A stretch of DNA of 64,000 nucleotides from Armatimonadota bacterium (lineage in GTDB: Bacteria > Armatimonadota > UBA5829 > DSUL01), in contig JBDHZC010000007.1 in the NCBI GenBank assembly GCA_039811685.1, forward strand, positions 104,654 through 168,653. The letters run 5' to 3'. The position numbers were made by a program, and so were the translations under genes. Each line of letters starts with the position of its first letter. Position 1 is the stretch's first letter. Below, piece by piece: positions 63,017 through 64,000 of the stretch. The notes beneath the pieces were generated by a model, which was given only the letters and a program-made list of their open reading frames with translations, did not search any database and was not told the DNA's origin.

Positions 63017-64000
63017 CTAGTGGGCCTGAAGAAACTGGATAATCTGGCTGCGGTGGCGCTCCTGAACAAGATTGAATTCGAGTTGCGCGGCCGCCGCACC
63101 GGAGGCTACCAGCCCAATCTGAATTCCCTGAGAGGAATGCAGGGAAGCCTCAAGAGCTTCACCCTGCTTTGCGTCCGTCATAGAATCCAGTTCCAGTGAG
63201 ACGAATGACTGCGGAGCACGGGCGGGTATGCTCCCGCTTACCCAGCCGACCAGGCGCCTACCCTCACGAGTGCGAACTTCAAGGGTCAGGATAGCCGGCT
63301 CAGGGGAAGGGTTGGCGAGCGCTATGTCCAGACGCGTGAACCAGGGCATATCAGGATTTGTGGGCAGCGCCCAGGAGATCCGATCGGTGGCAGTCCATCT
63401 TGCGGGCGTCGGTAGAGCGGGAGAGGAAGGACTCAGAAGCGCTGCAAAACCGTTGAAGTACCGCTCAGTATCATCCTGCTTCAGCGCAAGCCAGTTGTAG
63501 CTGTTCAGGATTCCCGCGCCCATCGCATACGACGCAGCCGCCATAGCGATGTGCTGAGAGATCGGACGGCTGTCGCCCTCTTCGCGGTTAATCAGCCCCC
63601 AGCTTCCCCACTCCCGCATGCGCTGGAGCGCGCAAATGTCTGTGTCCCAAAGCATCTCAACGCCTGTCGGGAAGCGCTCGTCCACTGCATGCTCCAGGTT
63701 GGGGCGGTAGCGCCTCGTGTACTTCATCGGAAACTGCTCATCCACCTGGGCGTGCGTGTAGACAGGCCTTTGGCCAGCAAGGGAAGCGATCCAGCTTGCG
63801 GAGGTGGTGATATAGTTGGTCAGATTTCTGAAAAGCCACCATCGCTCTTTTTCTGACAGACCGTCTTCGGGGTTGAGCGTTATGCCGTCCCTTGCCGCAC
63901 TTGCGGCAGTGGCCGGGTTGAAGTCCGCCATCAGGTCTTTGCGCACAACCGGGTAGTTGCCGTCTGGAAAATCTCCCGCCCAATACATGGGTTCGTTCTC
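63017..64000 (-). CDS. Probable clan GH-A glycoside hydrolase (5' end outside the window)
   Basis: Frame open to the window edge and reads ENEPMYW (NEP-type acid/base motif); terminal beta-rich domain. Confidence 0.5.
   Translation of the reverse strand, partial: ENEPMYWAGDFPDGNYPVVRKDLMADFNPATAASAARDGITLNPEDGLSEKERWWLFRNLTNYITTSASWIASLAGQRPVYTHAQVDEQFPMKYTRRYRPNLEHAVDERFPTGVEMLWDTDICALQRMREWGSWGLINREEGDSRPISQHIAMAAASYAMGAGILNSYNWLALKQDDTERYFNGFAALLSPSSPALPTPARWTATDRISWALPTNPDMPWFTRLDIALANPSPEPAILTLEVRTREGRRLVGWVSGSIPARAPQSFVSLELDSMTDAKQGEALEASLHSSQGIQIGLVASGAAAAQLEFNLVQERHRSQIIQFLQAH

Overview
A GC-rich bacterial chromosomal segment. The protein repertoire (PEP-CTERM protein, short EF-Ts, modular secreted glycan-active proteins) suggests Armatimonadota or a similar lineage; this is inference, not checked. 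Left to right: pyrH(partial)-tsf-rpsB on the minus strand; a compact complex I cluster nuoA-E-F-H-J-K-L-M-N that lacks nuoB, C, D, G and I; a CDF transporter, a Wzz/GumC-like protein and sugar oxidoreductases; a HAD/GT2/GT2/O-antigen-ligase-TPR operon divergent from fliC-fliD-fliS-(fliT-like); an M14 peptidase and a PQQ-propeller protein; dprA-topA-trmFO; a PEP-CTERM gene behind a consensus sigma54 motif; nusA-ylxR-infB-ylxP-rbfA-nrnA-truB-ribF (no rimP or ylxQ); a ThuA plus Gfo/Idh/MocA pair; a type I restriction-modification locus carrying a zeta-toxin-like ATPase and a small partner; two large secreted proteins sharing domains I do not recognise; an asparaginase-2 family enzyme, a nitronate-monooxygenase-family flavoprotein, a ferredoxin and a partial clan GH-A hydrolase. 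I saw no rRNA, tRNA, CRISPR array, integrase or transposase. The best candidates for new biology are the stripped complex I operon, a ~200-aa domain shared by unrelated secreted proteins (possible sorting or anchoring module), the defence cargo inside the RM locus, and several structured intergenic elements. All calls come from motif recognition by eye; no database searches were run.
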